The notes under the pieces are model-generated. The model did no database searches. It was not told the origin of the DNA and saw only the letters and a program-made list of their open reading frames with translations. Shown in pieces: positions 21,700-35,260 of a DNA stretch of 64,000 nucleotides. The DNA comes from Octopus vulgaris. Lineage: Eukaryota. Position 1 is the stretch's first letter. Every line of letters begins with the position of its first letter. The position numbers and the translations under genes were made by a program. The DNA is taken from NCBI GenBank assembly GCA_951406725.2, contig OX597838.1, positions 37,014,001-37,078,000 on the forward strand, in the 5' to 3' direction.

Positions 21700-22136
21700 G
21701 AGTCAATGCTTAGGTCAACTTGAGTCAATGTATTTGAATCAATGTATTTGAGTCAACATATTTGAGCCAAAGTATTTGAGTCAATGTGTTTGAGTCAACA
21801 TATTTGAGTCAATGTGTTTGAGTCAACATATTTGAACCAACGTATTTGAGTCAATGTGTTTGAGTCAATATATCAGAATCATCGTATTTGAGTCAACATG
21901 TCTGAGTCAATGTATTTGAGTCAATTTGTTTAACTCAATGTATTTGAGTCAATGTATTTAAACTATCCATTTGAGTCAACGCATTTGAATCAACGTATTT
22001 GAGTCAACATATTTGAGTCAATGTGTTTGACTCAATGTATTTATTTTTATGAGTCAACGTATTTGAACCAACGTATTTGAGTCACCGTATTTGAGTCATT
22101 GTATTTGAGTCAATGTATTTGAGTCAATGTATTTGT
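21700..22136. repeat. 14-bp minisatellite (tttgagtcaatgta)n, about 30 units
   Basis: Direct reading; about 20 units carry TGAGTCA. Confidence 0.95.
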
Positions 22137-22552
22137 TTGCTCAAAGCAGAAGGATTAGACCTAGAACCTTGTAATTTGGATGGGATTATTGTGATCTTAA
22201 ACTCAAATCCCCATATGAGAAGAGATATTGTTATTGTTGTTCATTTGTGCTTTAACTGAGACAAGTCCATCATTTTGTGCATTATTATTCAATGGGGCCA
22301 TTAGTTTTAGAAGACATCAGAATGCTGACTGAGGGCAGTTTGGTTGTTTCTTTTAGCATGTTAAACATGTGTGCATGTGTACTGGAGGAGGTGAGTGGTG
22401 AGGGTCGATTGGTTACCAACAGTTCGCTTACTAACGTGAACTTTTTGTCTGTCTGTATGTCTCTCTCTCTCTCTCTCTCAGTTAGATATTACCTCATACT
22501 GGCCCTCCCTTTTTGCCTTCTCTCTCCTCCCATACATCATATTTGTATAACA

Positions 22553-22935
22553 GTGGAGGCGCAATGGCCCAGTGGTTAGGGTAGCGGACTCGCGCTCATA
22601 GGATCGTGGTTTCGATTCCCAGACCGGGCGTTGTGAGTGTTTATTGAGCGAAAACACCTAAAGCTCCACGAGGCTCTGGCAGGGATGGTGGTGATCCTTG
22701 CTGTACTCTTTCACCACAACTTTCTCTCACTCTTACTTCCTGTTTCTGTTGTACCTGTATTTCAAAGGGCCAGCCTTGTCACTCTCTGTGTCACGCTGAA
22801 TATCCCCGAGAACTACGTAAAAGGTACACGTGTCTGTGGGGTGCTCAGCCACTTACACGTTAATTTCACGAGCAGGCTGTTCCGTTGATCGGATCAACCG
22901 GAACCCTCGTCGTCGTAACCGACGGAGTGCTTCCA
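22553..22935 (+). mobile_element. Full-length tRNA(Arg)-like SINE family D (possibly octopus OR-type)
   Basis: tggaggcgcaatggcccagtggttaggg...ggactcgc...ggtttcgattccc (A/B boxes); related copies at 27762-27927, 51707-52015, 56558-57300. Confidence 0.8.
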
Positions 22936-23069
22936 TTTGTATAACACACACACACATACACAGAGGAATCTTAAGGGTATCCATCAATGGGGTAAAAGGA
23001 ACTTTGTGTGTGTGTGTGTGTGAGGGAGTAAGGCAGAAATTATGTGTGAGAAAAAGAGTAACTATATGT

Positions 23070-23357
23070 ACTTGCCTGTGTAGTGCCGCTGGACTGGCTC
23101 CTGTGCAGGTAGCAGGTAAAAACACCTTTAGAGTGTGGTCGTTGCCAGAAATGCCTGACTGGCCCTCATGCCGGTGGCACATAAAAAGCAACCATTACAC
23201 TCTTGGAGTGGTTGGCATCCAGCTGTAGAAACTTTGCCAGGTCATATTGAGCCTGGTGCAGCCATCTGGCTCACCAGTCCTCAGTCAAACCGTCCAACCC
23301 ATGCCAGCATGGAAAGCGGACATTAAATGACGATGATGATGATGATGATGATGATGA
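23070..23357 (+). mobile_element. Retroposon family C
   Basis: ccgtccaacccatgccagcatggaaagcggacattaaatgacgatgatg tail. Confidence 0.8.
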
Positions 23358-23434
23358 TATATATGGCAAATGAAAGACAGAAGATGGAATATACCAGTAA
23401 GCTACCAGGGGTAAACCATTCCATCCATCCATCC

Positions 23435-23533
<99 letters not shown>

Positions 23534-24509
23534 GTGTGTGTGTGTGCATGAGAAAGAGAATTGAATGGACTTCGTGCTTGTGTGAACGGAATGTTTGTGC
23601 GAAAAAGTGAATGAGTATGTGTGTGTGTGTGTGTGTATGTGTGTGTGTGTATGTATGTGTGAGAGAGTGAGAAAGAAAAGCAGAGTATGTAATGGAGAGA
23701 GAGAGAGAAAAGCACTGTGTTTTTGCTTAGTTGCGTTCTTCATTCACAATGCTTCGACCAAAGTTGATAATACTTGCCTATCCTCTTATCTCTAAGAAGA
23801 ATGGTAACATTCTTCAACTCTCCTCTCATGAAATCAACGAAAAGAACTTTTCTACCAATCCTACAATGGATTATTATATGTCTATGTCAGAGTGTCGGAT
23901 AAACATTTCACCTTAAAAAATAAAATTCTTAACCAAAGCAGGTGTTGATCTTGTAAATAAAAAGTAATGCCGCTGGACATTACTGTCTTTGAGTCTGAGA
24001 ACTTAAAGAACTGGTTATTCAGTTTTGATGGTTTATAAGCGACCACAATCACATTTCTCTTGTATAGTACCACATTATCATCATCATCATTTAGAGTCCA
24101 TTTTCCATGCCGGCATGGGTTAGAAGGATCGACTGGAATTGGTAACCTGGAGAGCTCTACCTGGCTCCAGTAGTCTGGTTTGGCTTGATTTCTATGACTG
24201 GATGCCCTTCCAAGTGCCAACCACTCCCAGAGTGTAGTGGATACCTTTTATGTGTCACCAGTATGGGTGCTTTTTATGTGTCACCAGCACAATGTCCCCA
24301 GCACAGGTGCCTTATATGTGTCACTGACACGAGTGCCATTTATTATTGCAGACCAAGAGTGGCTGATTGCTTTTGCTTCATCCTCCATGCATCTTTCCAG
24401 GTCTTCTTAGGCAAAGTTACCTTCTCGAGTCGCACTGACTCGTAGGGCCAGTTTCCTAGTTTCCCTGGCGTATGTGTCACCAGCACAGGTAACTCATATG
24501 TATCACAGG

Positions 24510-24806
24510 CATGAGTGCCATTTATTATTGCAGACCAAGAGTGGCTGATTGCTTTTGCTTCATCCTCCATGCACCTCCACAGGTCTTCTTAATTCATCCA
24601 GCTACCTTCTTTCCTTCAGGTTGCCAATTTAACACTTTTCTTGCAATGCTGCCTGGAGGGTCTCCTTAGAATGTGACCAATCCAACCCCCATTTCCTTTC
24701 CAGAATTTCTTGATTGATGGGAGCTTTGACCATTCTGTTCTAAGAATTGCTGTTTGAAATTTTGTCCGTCCTCCAAATTCTGAGGGTGTGGCGCAGATAT
24801 ATGTCA
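24510..24806 (-). mobile_element. RTE-clade LINE 3' coding remnant
   Basis: Minus-strand GGWIGHILRRP...MEDEAKAISHSW resembles the RTE C-terminus; about 80 bp duplicated at 24330-24410. Confidence 0.6.
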
Positions 24807-24814
24807 GTTTAGCC

Positions 24815-25033
24815 CAGTGCTTTTCAAACTTTTTGCTGGAGCGGAACCCCAAGGAAACATTCCACTGGCTCGAGGAACCCCTGTGCAGTAATTTAACAGT
24901 CTTATGCACACATATCTGCACAGGAGAATTAAAAATTACTGCCGATTTTAGCAGTTTTGTAACATCTTGCAGAACCCCTGCACTGTACTGGCAGAACCCT
25001 AAGGTTCCGCGGTACCCTAGTTGAAAACCACTG
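24815..25033. mobile_element. hAT (Charlie-like) MITE
   Basis: TIRs cagtgcttttcaa / ttgaaaaccactg; perfect 8-bp TSD gtttagcc at 24807-24814 and 25034-25041. Confidence 0.92.
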
Positions 25034-25282
25034 GTTTAGCCATTGATTTTAGTCCCTAATACTTGCTAATACCCAGGTATAGCAAACAGAAATAGCAAGT
25101 TATTTGAGCTTTTGGTGAGGATGATGATCAGGGATAACCACAAATGGGATAAAGGGACACCCTCTCTCTTTAGGGTGTGTGTGTGTGTGTGTGTGTGAGG
25201 CAGTAAGATGGATATTGAGTGTGAGGAAGGCATTATGCATGTGTGTGTAATAGTGTGTATGTGTGTATGAGGAAGGCACTAT

Positions 25283-25481
25283 ACTCTTTTTTCTACTTGT
25301 TTCAATCATTTGACTGCGGCCATGCTGGAGCACCGCCTTTAATCGAGCAACTCGACCCCAGGACTTATTCTTTTGCAAGCCCAGTACTTATTCTATCGGT
25401 CTCTTTTGCCGAACCGCTAAGTGACGGGGACGTAAACACACCAGCATCGGTTGTCAAGCAATGCTAGGGGGACAAACACAG

Positions 25482-25528
<47 letters not shown>

Positions 25529-25687
25529 TACGACGGGCTTCTTTCAGTTTCCAAATCCACTCACAAGGCTTTGGTCGGCCCGAGGCTATAGTAGAAGACA
25601 CTTGCTCAAGGTGCCACGCAGTGGGACTGAACCCAAAACCATGTGGTTGGTAAACAAGCTACTTACCACACAGCCACTCCTGCACCT
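25283..25687 (-). mobile_element. SINE family A
   Basis: Matches other family A copies. Confidence 0.85.
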
Positions 25688-26074
25688 ATATATATATGTA
25701 CATATGTATGTGTGTTTGTGTGTATAAGGCAGTAAGACAGAGATTGAGTGTGAGCAAGGCATTATGTACATGTGTGTGTGTGTGTGTGTGTGTGCACGTG
25801 CGTGCATGTATGTGTGTAATAGAGATCAAGATCAAGTGTGCGTAAAGAGATTTTGTGTGTGAAAAAGAGAGCAATTCTGTGTGTGTGTGTGTGTGTGTGT
25901 GTAATTGTGTGTGTGTGTGTGTGTAATTGTGTGTGTGTGTGGAATTGTGTGTATGTGTGTGGAATTGTGTGTATGTGTGTGGAATTGTGTGTATTAGAGA
26001 AACACAAATTGTGACGGGGTGGGGGATGAAAAATAAAAGCTAAAATAGAGAAAAACAAAAATCTTGTTTGTTTC

Positions 26075-26512
26075 TTATTTCTCTCTCTTTCTCTCTCACT
26101 CTCTCTCTCTCTCTCTTTCACTGTTTCAACCTCTCACCTCTTTGTCTCTGTTTCTCTCTCTCTATTTCACTGTTTCTGCCTCATACCTTTCTCTCTCTCT
26201 CTCTCTCTTTCTTTTTGTCTGTCTGTCTGTCTCTTTCTCACACTCTCTGCCTCTCACCACCACTCTCTTTTTTCCCTCACTGCCTGCCTCTCGCCACTCT
26301 CTTTTATCTCTCTTTCTGTCTCTTTGTCTTACTCTCTCTGTCTTTCTTTCTCATTGTCTCTGCCCCCTCACTCCTCTCTCTCTCTATCTCATTCTCTCTT
26401 TCCTTCTCTCCCTCTTTCTCTTATTGCCCCTTCCTCATATCTCTTTCTCTCTCTCTCTCTTTCGCTTTCTCATTATTTTTGCCAGTCACCTCTCTCACTC
26501 TCTCTCACTTTT

Positions 26513-26555
<43 letters not shown>

Positions 26556-26597
26556 CTCTCTCTCTTTCTGTCTCTCTCTCACTTTTTCTTTCTTTTT

Positions 26598-26656
<59 letters not shown>

Positions 26657-26800
26657 CTCTCTCACTTTGTTTCTCTCTCTCTCTCTCTTTTTTCTGTCTG
26701 TCTCTTCTCTCTCTCTCTCTCTCTCTCACTTTGCCTCTCTCTCTCCTCCTGCTCTCTCCCCCTCTCTCTCCCCTTCTATCTCCTCCTTCTCCCCCCTCCC
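26075..26800. repeat. CT/TTTC polypyrimidine low-complexity tract
   Basis: Direct reading. Confidence 0.95.
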
Positions 26801-26884
26801 TTCATTTCGCACCACATCTTTGAAGTGTCTAAAGATTATTTCGCAGTCTGTGTTGATTAATTACAACATGTGAGGTTGTAAGGG

Positions 26885-27243
26885 GGTGGAGTGGAGGTTG
26901 TTGCCATGGTGGTAGTGGTGAGGATAGTACTGGTAGTGGCGGTAGTGGTAATAGTAGCACTGGTGGTAGTAGTGGTCGCTTTGGTTGCGGTGGTGATGGT
27001 GATGCTGGTTGTAGTGGTGGCAGTAGTAGTCGAAGTGGTAGTGGTGTTAGTGGTGGTGATGATGGTGATGATGTTGGAGATGGTAGTTTTGGTGGCAGTA
27101 GTAGTGGTGGTTGAAGTGGTACTTCCAGTCGTGGCAGTGATGGTAATAGTACCAGTTGTGGCACAGGTGGTGTTGATAGGACTGGTGGTGGTGTTGGTGG
27201 TGGAGATGCTGGTCATGGCGGTGGTAGTAGTAGCAGTAGTGGC

Positions 27244-27281
<38 letters not shown>

Positions 27282-27306
27282 CAGTAGTAGTAGTAGTAGT
27301 AGTGGC

Positions 27307-27389
<83 letters not shown>

Positions 27390-27420
27390 GAGTAGCAGTA
27401 CCAGTTGTGGTGGTGATGGT
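26885..27420. repeat. (GGT/AGT)n and pure (TAG)n microsatellite
   Basis: Direct reading. Confidence 0.95.
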
Positions 27421-27660
27421 TAGGTTTTTTTTTTTGTCTTTGACTTGTCTCAGTTATTAAATAGTGACCATGCTGGGGCACTGCGTGGAAGAATTTAGTT
27501 GGATGAATTGAGCCCAGCGCTTTTCTTGAAAAGCCTGCTGCTTATTATATCAGTCTCTTTTTGGCACACTGCTAGGTTACAACAACACTGGGTGCCAAAT
27601 GGTGGTGGACGACAAACATGGACACAAAATCACACACGTAGACACACACACACGTGTGTG

Positions 27661-27708
<48 letters not shown>

Positions 27709-27926
27709 TTGTACTTGTTTCAGTCATTTTGACTGCGGCCATGCTGGAGCACCGCCTTTTAGAGTGGTGAAAGAGTACAGCAGGGATCACCACCTCCTGC
27801 CGGAGCCTCGTGGAGCTTTTAGGTATTTTTGCTCAATAAACACACACAACGCCCGGTCTGGGAATCGAAACCGCGATCCTCCGACCGCAAGTCCGCTGCC
27901 CTAACCACTAGGCCATTGCGCCTCCA

Positions 27927-27961
<35 letters not shown>

Positions 27962-27963
<2 letters not shown>

Positions 27964-28868
27964 TCTTTTACTTGTTTCAGGACTTATTCTTTGTAAGCCT
28001 AGTACTTATTCTATTGGTCACTTTTGATGAACCGCTAAGTTACGGGGACGTAAACACATTAGCATTGGTTGTCAAGTGATGTTGGGGGGGACAAGCACAG
28101 ATGCACAAACTCACAAACACACACACATACATATATCATCATCATCATCATCATCATCATCGTTTAACGTCCGTTTTCTGCGCTAGCACGGGTTGGACGG
28201 TTCGACCAGGGTCTGGGAAGCCAGGGCTGCACCAGGCTCCAGTCTGATCTGGCAGTGTTTCTACAGCTGGATGCCCTTCCTAACGCCAACCACTCCACGA
28301 GTGTAGTGGGTGCTTTTTACGTGCCACCTGCACAGGTGCCAGGGGGGTCTGGCATCGGCCACGATCGGTTGGTGCTTTTAATGTGCCACCGGTACAGAAG
28401 CCAGCCAAGGCAGTGCTGGCATCAGCCACGTTTGGATGGTGCTTTTCATGTGTCACCAGCACAGAAGCCAGTCGAGGCGGTGCTAGCAACGGCCACATTT
28501 GGATGGTGCTTTTTATGTGCCACTGACACAGGTATCACAACTACTATTTCCATTGATATTTGTTTCGATGTTCGTGTACATGCACTTGACTCAACAAGTC
28601 TCCTCAAGCACAGCGAGATGTTCCGGGATCCAAGGTACTTTGAATGAGCAGGGGTTATGCGGAACTGGAGCTGGAAGCATCCCGGGTCTTTGTAGTCACA
28701 GCACATCTCCAGAGATCTCGGTCCTTCGCCATTGCCTCATATATACTATTGACTTCTTTCAGTTTCCGTCTACCAAATCCCGAGGCTATAGTAGAAGACA
28801 CTTGCCCAAGGTGCCACGCAGTGGGACTGAACCTGGAACCATGTGGTTAGTAAACAAGCTACTTCCCA
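27962..28868 (-). mobile_element. SINE family A interrupted by a family C insertion (about 28135-28740)
   Basis: A 3' half, then a (CAT)n-tailed family C copy, then the A head resumes at about 28750. Confidence 0.75.
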
Positions 28869-28944
28869 CGAAGTATAATGAAAGGAAATATTGTAGTTGT
28901 AGACGAACTTTAATTCATAATCCAAGTTGGTACACAACCAAAAT

Positions 28945-29038
28945 TAATTCTATAAGTTGTTTCAGAGTCTAATTTATTCCATAGACAAAAACGAAAAACT
29001 CTTCATGAAATAAAAATTAGATACTTCGTCAGGAATTA
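28945..29038 (-). ncRNA. Type I hammerhead motif with a long stem II
   Basis: Reverse complement: taattc-CTGACGA-ag..tctaattt...aaattaga..ct-GAAAC-aactt-ATA-gaatta; 6-bp stem I; stem III has a C/A mismatch. Confidence 0.65.
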
Positions 29039-29081
29039 CATAATGTTAGACATCCCTTTGAAGGATTTTGGTCCTCACCTC

Positions 29082-29124
<43 letters not shown>

Positions 29125-29689
29125 TACATATACGAGCAAAATGCCCCCCTGTCCAATGGATGGTGCTGAGTTGTCAAACATTTTAACCAAATTTTCTCAA
29201 AACAACTTGTCTGACCGTCCCATAGGCCTCCCCTTTGAGAAACACTGATTCAACCTAAATTTGAGACACCAGCAAAAGAAGAAATAAAGATAGACTTTTT
29301 TCTATTCCAAGAAAAATGATTTTACAGATGCATGTACCCACGGCTTTATCGATTGCATTCTCACCTGGAATCGATTTTTGTAATTCTTTCAAGATTTATA
29401 CCATCGGTATTTATATATCAAATTTGAGCGCAATTGGATGGAGGATGCCCGAGATCCTAGAAGACACACACACAGACGGACAGAATGGGTTTTATATAAG
29501 ATATATATATATATATATACACACACACAACATGTGTTTTTCCGTTTCCATCTACTAAATCCACTCTCAAGGCTTTGGTTGGCCCAGGGCTATAGTAGAA
29601 GACTCTTACCCAAAGTGGACTGAACCTGGAACCATGTGGTTTGCAAGCAAACTTCTTACCACACAGCCACACCTGCACCTATTTGGTGT

Positions 29690-30185
29690 TTGAGGTGGTG
29701 GTGGTGGTGGTGGTGGTGGGTGGTGGTGGTGGTGATGGTGGTGGTGTTTTGTAATAATGGCAGTGGTGTTTGTGAAGGTGGTAGTTGTACTTGTGGTGAT
29801 AGTTTCTATGGTGGTGGTGGTGGTAGTGGCGGTGGTGATGGTGGTGGTAGTGATAGTGTCTATGGTGGTGGTGGTGGTGGTGGTGATAGTGGTGGTGGTG
29901 GTGATAGTGTCTATGGTGGTGGTAGTGGTGATGGTGGTGGTGGTGATAGCGTCTATGGTGGTGGTGGTGGTAGTGGCGGTGGTGATGGTGGTGGTAGTGA
30001 TAGTGTGGTGGTGGTGGTGGTGGTGGTGATAGTGGTGGTGGTGGTGATAGTGTCTATGGTGGTGGTAGTGGTGATGGTGGTGGTGGTGATAGCGTCTATG
30101 GTGGTGGTGATAATAGTGGTAGAGTCAACAGTGGCATTAGTAGTCTTGCCGATGGTCATGGTGGTAGTGGCAGTGGTGGTGGTCC
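29690..30185. repeat. (GGT)n-based compound minisatellite (gatagtgtctatggtggtggt)
   Basis: Direct reading. Confidence 0.9.
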
Positions 30186-30382
30186 TTTCAAGAATGTTCT
30201 CAAGAAATCAGATATGTTGAAGCATAATTTCTTTTTCAAAGCTTTTATCATTTTTCTTTTGATAATTTTTTTCGATTTTTTGCATAATTAAATTAAAGCA
30301 GCACTTTTCTAATTTCTTACCTGATAATTAGATAGTTTCAGAAATGTCAAATGGGATTCAAATACCAGGCAACAGTAGCAAC

Positions 30383-30419
<37 letters not shown>

Positions 30420-30519
30420 TTGTCAGTCAGTCTGTCTGTCAGTTAGTCTGTCTGTCTGTCTATCTGCCTATTTATCTATCTATCTCTATCATCTATCTAT
30501 CTGTCTGTCTGTCTGTCTC

Positions 30520-30552
<33 letters not shown>

Positions 30553-30627
30553 TTTTATTTGTCTGTCTGCCTGACTGCTCATCTGTCTGCCCATCATTTA
30601 TGCATCATCTGCCGATCTATTGATCAA

Positions 30628-30660
<33 letters not shown>

Positions 30661-32669
30661 TTGTCTGTCTGCCTTCCTCTTTGTCTGTTTATTTGTCTAT
30701 CTATCTATCTATTTATCTATCTATCTACTTGCCCATCCATCCATCCATCCACTCATCAATGTCTCCCTTTTTCTCCCTCTCCCCTCTCACACACAGCCAC
30801 ACATATTTGCTTCTCTGTCTGTTCATCTACCCCTTTCTCTACCCATCTGTCCACCAGTCTGTGAGTGCATGAGGGGGCATAAAATAAATACAAATGGTAG
30901 TAAATACACAGAAATGGTTTACACTTGCAATAATGACAATAATCAACACAGATGTTATATAACCTGTTGTGGTATTTGAGTCATCTAAGCCTAGCGTCGT
31001 ATATCCAGGAGTACATGTTGTACACCTGTCCCTGGAGTTGAAAGAATGCATTTGTTGCATGGTTCTGTCCTTAAAGTTATTGTTTGTCATGCCTGTGTAG
31101 TGTCACACGATGCTATTGGATAATGTTCGGGTAACTGTTTAAATAGCTATTGGGAAACATGATCCTCCTAATGTACAAGAGATAGAATTTTGGTTGTTAC
31201 AGGTTGGAGTGTGTGGGATACATGGATACTTCCAATTTTGGAAGCAGTATTAACTAAGCATGAGTAACTAATCTTGATGTTATGGGAGTTGATAAATTTA
31301 TATCAATGGGTTCTTGGGAAATGCTTTTAAATTAGTAGTAGGAAGCTGCTAGTTATATTAGTGAAAACAACTAGATTAAATGGGATCAAACTGGCTTATT
31401 ATTCTCACTTGATCTTAACTTAACATAACAGTAAACTATATATGTGTGTGAGTAGGTGTGTGTTTGTAGTATCAATTATTTCTTTTTAAATTGAAATGTA
31501 CTATAAACTTTAGAAACAAATGTTTTTAATTTGTTTTTGTGACAATAGAGAAAAATGGTAAGGTCGAATTGCAGGTTTACTAAAAGAAAGAAAAATAATG
31601 TTCATAAGGTTAACCATATATTTTGAAATGCACCCACCTCTCAACTCCTCCAAATGCCTTGTTTTAAGTTTTACTGCTAATTAGATATCAGTGGCATATT
31701 TTCACCACTACAGTTTCTCTCCTTTCTCTCTATCTCTCTCTTATCTTTTCTAACAGGGTATAGCCCTTATCTTTTCTACAGCAAGACACCTGTTTGTATC
31801 CCTCTGTTGTACTTTATTTTCTCATCTTCTGCCAATACTATTCCACTCTGCCCCACCTCACTTGAAAGAATTTTTATTTTGCAAACTGTTTGGTGACCTC
31901 AACAGTGCTGGTGCCACATAAAAAGCATCCAGTAAAATCTGTAAAGTGATTGGCATTAAGAATAGTATTGAGCCATAGAAACGATGCCAAAGCTGAGCGT
32001 AGAGCTTGGAGCAGTTGTCTGGATTGCCGGTTCTTGTCAAACTGTCCAACCCATGCCGTTTTTGAAATCAGGTGTTAAATAATGATGATGGTGATGATGA
32101 TAGGCATGGCTGTGTGGTTAAGAAGCTTGCTTTGCAATCACATGGTTTCGGGTTCAATGCAACTACATAACACTTTAGGCAAGTGTCTTCTACTATTGTC
32201 CTGGGCTGACCTGGAATTTTGTAGAAGTGGAACTGGTAGGCAGAAAATGTGCAGAAGCCAATTGTAAAAATGTGTGCGTGAGTGTGTGTGTTTGTGTATG
32301 TCTCCCCACCCACTTGAAAACTGGTGTTGGTTTGTTTACATCCCTGCGACTTAGTAGTTTGGCAAATTAGCATGATAGAATAAGAACCAGGTTTTAAAAA
32401 CTGAATAATTCACTGTGGTTGGTCTGTTCAACTAAAATCCTTATATATATATATATATATATACCGTAGTAAACACATAAATGTGAAACAAGGTGGAAAA
32501 AAGAGTCACTCAAAGAGTCATGAATTTAGCTTATAGTCTATATGGATATATTTTAATGCATTTTAACATTTTATTTTTAATTTCTATGTATTAATTATAT
32601 TTCCTTTATTAATGACAATATGTATTTTAACCAAAGATTCGATGTAAGGTTTTTTCCTCAAATTTTATA

Positions 32670-32708
<39 letters not shown>

Positions 32709-32829
32709 AGCTCATTTTTTGTTTATCGCTTGAAAATTGACCGTCATTTGTAAAGGACCAATCAAACAAGTCCATTTTTAAAGGTGTAGCATTTATACTA
32801 GTCTGGATAGAATTGACATATCGGTTCTA

Positions 32830-32911
32830 TTCTAGCAAAAACTATCCGACGAGCGGGAACGTGAAACTCAGAGTAACAGGTTTTGTTGAATTTTCTGCTG
32901 CTTTAAATAAA
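32830..32911 (+). ncRNA. Second copy of the CCGANGA hammerhead-like motif
   Basis: ctagcaaaaactat-CCGACGA-gcg-ggaa-cgt-GAAACTC-a-GAGTA-acagg; an inverted 3' piece of the same family lies at about 32465-32512. Confidence 0.6.
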
Positions 32912-33023
32912 GTATATATATATATATATATGTTTATATATATATTTATATCATATGTATTGTATGTATTTTATGCATATAGATTTGTATTCACACATGT
33001 GTGTAGGCATGTGTGAGTATGTG

Positions 33024-33056
<33 letters not shown>

Positions 33057-33579
33057 ACACGCACACTGCTACTTTTGAATACTGAAATGCTGACATTACA
33101 GTATTTAACTCTGAGTTTCAGAATGATGTGGGATTATTTTTCTTGCAGGCGGACGGGGGGGGGGCGGTTTTTTTTAAAGGAAACAAAGGAACGAAAGAAA
33201 GAAACAAAGGAGAAAATAGCAAACAAGAACTACAAGAACAATAAAAACATAATTATAACAATTAAGATAAAAACGACAAAAATAACAAGAAACAAGAAAG
33301 AAAAGAACAAAAATAAAATAAAGGGACAAAACATCGAAAATTCCCATCATACACTTTGGGGAAGCCAATTTAGAATACTGATAGAGCTGGCTGTCATATA
33401 ATGCTGTTATTGAACAGACTTACAGAATAAAAGGTGGTGTGTGTATGTATGTGTGTGTGTAGTAGGGTGTTTGTGTGTGTGGTGGGGTATTATGCAGTGA
33501 AGGTGTTCGTATGTTTGTGCAAAGCAGTGGGGGAGGCTGCAGTATACCCGACAGAGTATGTAAAAGAGAATCTGGTATC

Positions 33580-34850
33580 TGATTGCATGTGCATGCACCT
33601 GTTTACGCGGGTGCATTAACTGCGGTGTTGTGTTTCTGCATGTACTTTCCCCCCACCTGTTTATGTGATTGCATTAAATGCGGTGTCATCTCTCTGCATG
33701 TGCATGCATCTTACCCATGTGCGTCAGTTGTATTAACTGCGATGCTGTGGGGTTTTTTCCCTACATGTGCATGCAGCCCAGATATCGCTGATTAAGGCGA
33801 TTTCAATAACATCAGTGAAGGCACCCATGTATGTGACTGCATCAGCTGCTGTGTTGTGTTGCAGTATACATATGCACCCGTTCCTGTGGTTGCATTTACT
33901 GGAGTGTTGCTTGTGCATGTGTATCCCCTCATGTCTGCAATGGCATCAACTGCAGTGTTGTGTTGCTATGTGCATATGTACCCATCCATATGGTTGCATT
34001 GACTGCACTGATGCCTCTGCATGTATGTGCACCCACACATGTGACTGCATAAACTGCAATGTTGTGTTGCAGTTTGCATGTGCATTCATCCATGTGATTG
34101 TCTTTACTATGGTGTTGTTTCTGCATGTGCTTGCCCCTATGTATGTGACTGCATCAATTGCTGTATTGTGTTGCAGTAAGTACATGCAGCCACTCATGTG
34201 GTTGCATTAACTGCAGTGTTGTTTTTACATGTGATTGCACCCATTCATGTGATGGCATCATGTGTAGTGTTGTGTTGCTGTATACATGTGCACCAATTCC
34301 TGTGGTTGCATTAACTGCAATGTTGTTTCTGCAAGCACTTGATTACTTTGTCTGTGACAGCATCACCTGCTCTGTTGTGTTCCTGCATGCATGTGCACCC
34401 ATCCATGTGGTTGCATTTACTGCAGTGCTCTTTCTGCCCATACATGTTCCTATGTAACTGCATAAATGGCTGTGTTGTGTTGCAATATGCATGTGCACCC
34501 ATTCACGTAGTTGCACTGACTGCAATGTTGTTTGTGCAGGTGCATCCATCTATGTATGTGACTACATTAAATGCAATACTGTGCTTATGCATGTATGTGC
34601 ACTGGGTTTTCTGACTGCATTAACTATGGTGGTGTGTCCACATGTGCATGCACTTATGAATACGATTGCATTGAATGTGGCGTTCTGTTCTGTGTGCACA
34701 CCCCTGTTAATGTGGCTCTTCTAGCAAGTGCTGCACTTCTCTATGTGTGCCTTTTGTTGTGATTGCATAAACCAAGGTGTTGTTTCTGATTCTGTTTGCA
34801 TCTGTTTATGTAACTGCACTAACAACAATGTTGTGCTTCTGCTCATATGC
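33580..34850. repeat. Old degenerate minisatellite with a unit of about 52 bp
   Basis: Recurrent gtg(g/a)(t/c)tgcattaactgcagtgttgtgt...gcacccat at about 50-54-bp spacing. Confidence 0.8.
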
Positions 34851-35149
34851 TACCGTTTGATATCTTAATGTGATAGGGAAAGAGTGAGAGAGAGAGAGAA
34901 ACAGACAGAGAGAGGGGGAGAGCAGTTGCTTTATTTGCTCTTTAGGGTCGGGGTGATCTTGGATCTGTGTGATATCTTTATTGGCTTTAGATGAAGCCCC
35001 AACCTTACTGTATTAAAGTAACATTATCGATCACGTATTCATATACTTGTGTCGTTATAGATAGATCGACAGATAGATAAATAGAAAGATAGACTGACAG
35101 ATAGATAGATATATTGATAGATAGATAGATACTGCTTTTTTTTCACAGA

Positions 35150-35260
35150 CAGTATCCAGCTGACCCTACTATACTGTGTAGTCAACAAAATCAAAACCAA
35201 ACAATATGCATGCATGAAATGAAAAGTATAAAATGGCAACAATTTACCTATTGCATCCTG
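35150..35260 (-). mobile_element. Terminal fragment of the maT-like family
   Basis: ctgaccctactatactgtgtagt...ttgcatcctg-ta, homologous to about 1660-1760. Confidence 0.75.

Noticed and set aside
21700-22136. CRISPR-like appearance of the 14-bp array
   Set aside because: No spacers; eukaryotic context
29636-30220. Gly-rich ORF (DSVYGGGGG repeats) resembling a structural protein
   Set aside because: Starts inside a SINE and drifts between poly-W, poly-V and poly-G registers; explained by a (GGT)n minisatellite
33095-33125. 3' half of an HHR (reverse complement gaaactcagagtt)
   Set aside because: The 5' core strand is absent, so it is not counted as a ribozyme
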